This document shows positions 60,859 to 64,000 of a stretch of 64,000 nucleotides of DNA, in pieces. The notes below the pieces were generated by a model. It saw only the letters and a list, made by a program, of their open reading frames with translations, was not told the origin of the DNA and made no database searches. Position 1 is the stretch's first letter. Each line of letters opens with the position of its first letter. Made by a program: the position numbers and the translations under genes. The stretch lies in NCBI GenBank assembly GCA_963751455.1, contig CAVVUN010000015.1:352001-416000 (forward strand). Direction: 5' to 3'. Source of the stretch: Nitrospirota bacterium (lineage in GTDB: Bacteria; Nitrospirota; UBA9217).

Positions 60859-62702
60859 AGGCGGGATGGCAACATAAAAAGATCGGCGATTTGTGCGAGG
60901 TCATTGCGGGCCAATCGCCTGATGGAAATTTTTACAACTCCGACGGCAAGGGAAAGCCCTTCTACCAAGGGAAAAAAGGCTTCGGAGAGAAGTTAATCGG
61001 AGCCCCGACGACGTGGACGACTCAAGTTACAAAGATTGCCCAAAAGGGAGACATCCTGATGTCGGTGCGTGCTCCTGTTGGGCCAGTGAACTTCGCAACC
61101 GATGAGATATGCATTGGCAGAGGCTTAGCCGCAATACGCAGCAATCCTGAACTTGACCGTGATTTTCTATTTTACCAAATGCTGCATTTGCAACCCACGA
61201 TTGCAGGTAAGGAAGGAGCGGTCTTCGCCTCAATCAGCAAATCGGAAATTGAAGCCTTACCTCTCTCTTTCCCGCCGCTCCCCGAACAGCGGCGTATCGT
61301 CGGAATCCTTGACGAAGCGTTGGATGGCATCGCCATTGCCAAAGCCAACGCCGAAAAGAATCTCCAAAACGCCCGCGCCCTGTTTGAAAGCCACCTGCAA
61401 GCCGTCTTCATTCAGAGCGGTCACGGGTGGGAGGAGAAGCGGTTGGGTAACGAGAGCCTGATAGAAATCGTTGATGGCGACCGAGGAGTAAATTACCCAA
61501 AAGCCACAGATTTTCATGATGAGGGCGACTGCCTCTTTTTGAACACGAAGAATGTCCGACCTGATGGTTTCGACTTTACGTCCACTATGTTTATTACGGC
61601 GAAAAAAGATGGACAGCTTCGTAAAGGTAAGCTCAAACGAGACGATGTTGTTCTGACAACACGTGGCACCATTGGTTATGTCGGGCATTACTCGGAAGAC
61701 GTTCCATTCGACGATATCCGAATCAATTCGGGAATGCTCATTTTTCGACCTAACAAACGCTCACTGCTGCCCTCGTTTCTCTTTGAGCTGCTGAGGTCTG
61801 AAATCGTGAAGGAGCAGATAAAGAAGTACACGACTGGCGCAGCACAACCACAGTTACCAATAAAAACACTGGTCAACTTCACGATCCCAGTTCCTAAAGA
61901 TCTCAAAGATCAACGTGCCCTCGTTGCAAAACTGCGTGCTTTTGAACCAGAAACCCAACGCCTCGCCTCTTTCTACCAGCAAAAACTTGCCGCGCTCGCA
62001 GAGCTGAAAAAATCCCTCCTTCACCAAGCCTTCTCCAGCGAGCTGACCAAGGCTTCGGTAAAAGCCGCCGTCATTCCGTTCCCCATAGCCATATCCAATA
62101 TCACCACGACTGATCTTCACGCAGGCATTCTCGCCATGGCATATCAAATGCACGAAAAGCATGGGAGGCAAAGCAACTACGGGCATGTGAAAGCGGAAAA
62201 GATAGCCCACATGATCGAGGCTTATGTGGGTATAGATCTCGGACGAAACCCGGTCAAGGACGCAGCCGGGCCGAATGACTTTCAGCATCTAATGAAGGTC
62301 GAGTCTCGGGCGCGCAAGGCCCGCTTTTTCGATTTCAAGCGGGTCAAGGGTTCAGCCTACCGAGTCACCAAGTACCGACAATTCGACTCGTTGATCACGC
62401 GAGCACGGCAGGCGCTTGGAGATCGCATAGCCGCAGTAGACCGCTTGCTCGCATTCATGTTGCCGATGGATACGCAACAGGCCCAGATATTCTGCACAGT
62501 GTACGCCGCTTGGAACAATCTTATGCTGGACCAGCAGCAGCCTATCACCGACGAGCAAATTGTTCTCGAAGCAAGGGAGCACTGGCATCCCGAGAAGCTC
62601 AAAATTCCGCGCGGAAAATTTTTCAGCGCAATCGAATGGCTCAGAGAAAAGGGCCTCACTCCGCTGGGCAGAGGGAAAAAAGTAAACAGAAGGGCTAAGT
62701 AG
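60855..62702 (+). CDS. hsdS: Type I R-M specificity subunit with ~218 aa C-terminal extra domain
   Basis: Two TRDs, PPLPEQRRIV, LKKSLLHQAFSSEL followed by extension. Confidence 0.9.
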   Translation: MKAGWQHKKIGDLCEVIAGQSPDGNFYNSDGKGKPFYQGKKGFGEKLIGAPTTWTTQVTKIAQKGDILMSVRAPVGPVNFATDEICIGRGLAAIRSNPELDRDFLFYQMLHLQPTIAGKEGAVFASISKSEIEALPLSFPPLPEQRRIVGILDEALDGIAIAKANAEKNLQNARALFESHLQAVFIQSGHGWEEKRLGNESLIEIVDGDRGVNYPKATDFHDEGDCLFLNTKNVRPDGFDFTSTMFITAKKDGQLRKGKLKRDDVVLTTRGTIGYVGHYSEDVPFDDIRINSGMLIFRPNKRSLLPSFLFELLRSEIVKEQIKKYTTGAAQPQLPIKTLVNFTIPVPKDLKDQRALVAKLRAFEPETQRLASFYQQKLAALAELKKSLLHQAFSSELTKASVKAAVIPFPIAISNITTTDLHAGILAMAYQMHEKHGRQSNYGHVKAEKIAHMIEAYVGIDLGRNPVKDAAGPNDFQHLMKVESRARKARFFDFKRVKGSAYRVTKYRQFDSLITRARQALGDRIAAVDRLLAFMLPMDTQQAQIFCTVYAAWNNLMLDQQQPITDEQIVLEAREHWHPEKLKIPRGKFFSAIEWLREKGLTPLGRGKKVNRRAK

Positions 62703-62703
62703 G

Positions 62704-64000
62704 ATGAACGAAGCTGAAACCAGAGCCGAACATATTGATCCTGCCCTCAAGGCTGCGGGCTGGGGTATGGTGGATGGCAGCCGCATTCTGCGCGAGTATC
62801 CCATTACGCTGGGCCGACTCGAAGGCGCAGGTCGGCGCGGCAAAGCTCTCTCAGCTGATTATGTGCTGGTCTTTCGCAACCGTAAGCTTGCGGTCGTTGA
62901 GGCCAAGGCGTGGGATGAAGATCTGACCGAGGGCGTGGCGCAGGCGAAGAACTATGCGGAGAAACTGGCCATCCGCTACACATATTCCACGAACGGGCAG
63001 GGTATCTACGGCATTGACATGCAGTCCGGCAAGGAAGGCGAGGTGCCTCGCTACCCCACGCCAGAAGACCTCTGGAATTTGACCTTTTCCGAAGAAAACA
63101 TCTGGCGCGACCGTTTTGCTTCCGTGCCGTTCGAGGACAGAGGCGGCACCTATAGCGTGCGGTATTATCAGGACATCGCCATTAACAGGGTGATGGACGC
63201 CATAGCCGAAAACAAATCGCGCATCTTGATAACACTGGCGACCGGTACGGGCAAAACCTTCATTGCCTTCCAGATCGCCTGGAAGCTCTTTCACAGTCGT
63301 TGGAACCTGAACCGCGAAGCCACACGCCGACCGCGTATCCTGTTTCTCGCCGATCGCAATATCCTGGCAGACCAGGCTTATAATGCCTTCTCCGCTTTCC
63401 CAGAAGATGCGCTGGTGCGGATTGCGCCGGATGACATCCGCAAGAAGGGCAGAGTCCCGAAGAACGGCAGCTTGTTCTTTACAATCTTTCAAACCTTCAT
63501 GAGCGGGCCGCCCGTGGATGGCAAGCCGTCCCCCTATTTCGGCGAGTATTCTTCGGATTTCTTCGATTTCATCGTCATCGACGAGTGTCATCGTGGCGGC
63601 GCGAACGACGAGAGCAACTGGCGCGGCATCATGGATTACTTCGCCCCTGCCGTGCAACTCGGGCTCACCGCAACACCCAGGCGCAAGGACAACGCGGATA
63701 CTTACGCCTACTTTGATGATCCGGTATATATCTATTCTCTTAAAGAAGGCATCAACGACGGTTTCTTGACGCCATTTAAGGTGAAACAGTTTGCCACTAC
63801 GCTGGATGAATATGTCTATACATCAGATGACACCTTGGTCGAAGGCGTAGTAGAATCGGGCAGGCTTTATACGGAGCCGGATTTTAATAAGATCATCGAG
63901 ATCGACGTGCGTGAAGCCTACAGGGTAAAGTTGTTCATGGAGCAGATCAACCAGAAGGAAAAGACGCTGGTATTTTGCGCTAACCAGGCCCATGCTCTGG
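62704..64000 (+). CDS. hsdR: Type I R-M restriction subunit (EcoEI-like), partial; not in ORF track
   Basis: MNEAETRAEHIDP, ADYVL..VEAK, ATGTGKT, DECHRG, LGLTATP; open to window end. Confidence 0.93.
   Translation, partial: MNEAETRAEHIDPALKAAGWGMVDGSRILREYPITLGRLEGAGRRGKALSADYVLVFRNRKLAVVEAKAWDEDLTEGVAQAKNYAEKLAIRYTYSTNGQGIYGIDMQSGKEGEVPRYPTPEDLWNLTFSEENIWRDRFASVPFEDRGGTYSVRYYQDIAINRVMDAIAENKSRILITLATGTGKTFIAFQIAWKLFHSRWNLNREATRRPRILFLADRNILADQAYNAFSAFPEDALVRIAPDDIRKKGRVPKNGSLFFTIFQTFMSGPPVDGKPSPYFGEYSSDFFDFIVIDECHRGGANDESNWRGIMDYFAPAVQLGLTATPRRKDNADTYAYFDDPVYIYSLKEGINDGFLTPFKVKQFATTLDEYVYTSDDTLVEGVVESGRLYTEPDFNKIIEIDVREAYRVKLFMEQINQKEKTLVFCANQAHAL

Overview
Bacterial chromosomal window; gene content suggests an anaerobic Nitrospirota/Desulfobacterota-type organism (inference). 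0-6 kb: sulfur-relay cluster (YeeE/YedE, two TusA-family proteins, exported rhodanese, DsrE-like and small proteins) with an interposed GT-C glycosyltransferase. 6.7-10.3 kb: sigma54-preceded DUF2318 + MacB/FtsX-type ABC operon. 10.4-21.7 kb: cell-surface genes (beta-barrel + CFI-box-CTERM protein, NHL/FN3/transglutaminase/TPR protein, Ig-like lipoprotein, clostripain). 21.8-37.6 kb: a ~15 kb segment bracketed by a ~570 bp duplicated ampG-like 5' half. It holds two tandem MalT-like STAND/wHTH-BTAD regulators, an MNT-HEPN pair, two copies of a ~60 aa protein (the first apparently leaderless behind an 11-bp-spaced heptamer repeat) and four lipoproteins; this is the best candidate for an undescribed system. 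38-58 kb: AEC transporter, nagA, GAF-GGDEF, ahbD, a MITE, SBP-HK-RR module, AsmA-like gene, CHASE3-PAS-GGDEF-EAL, Rsm22-like methyltransferase, greB. 58.7-64 kb: type I R-M locus with a four-helix-bundle gene between hsdM and an extended hsdS. Many genes carry indels, several at homopolymers, so some breaks are probably consensus errors. No rRNA, tRNA, CRISPR array, integrase or transposase was recognised. Family calls come from motif recognition by eye, not database searches.
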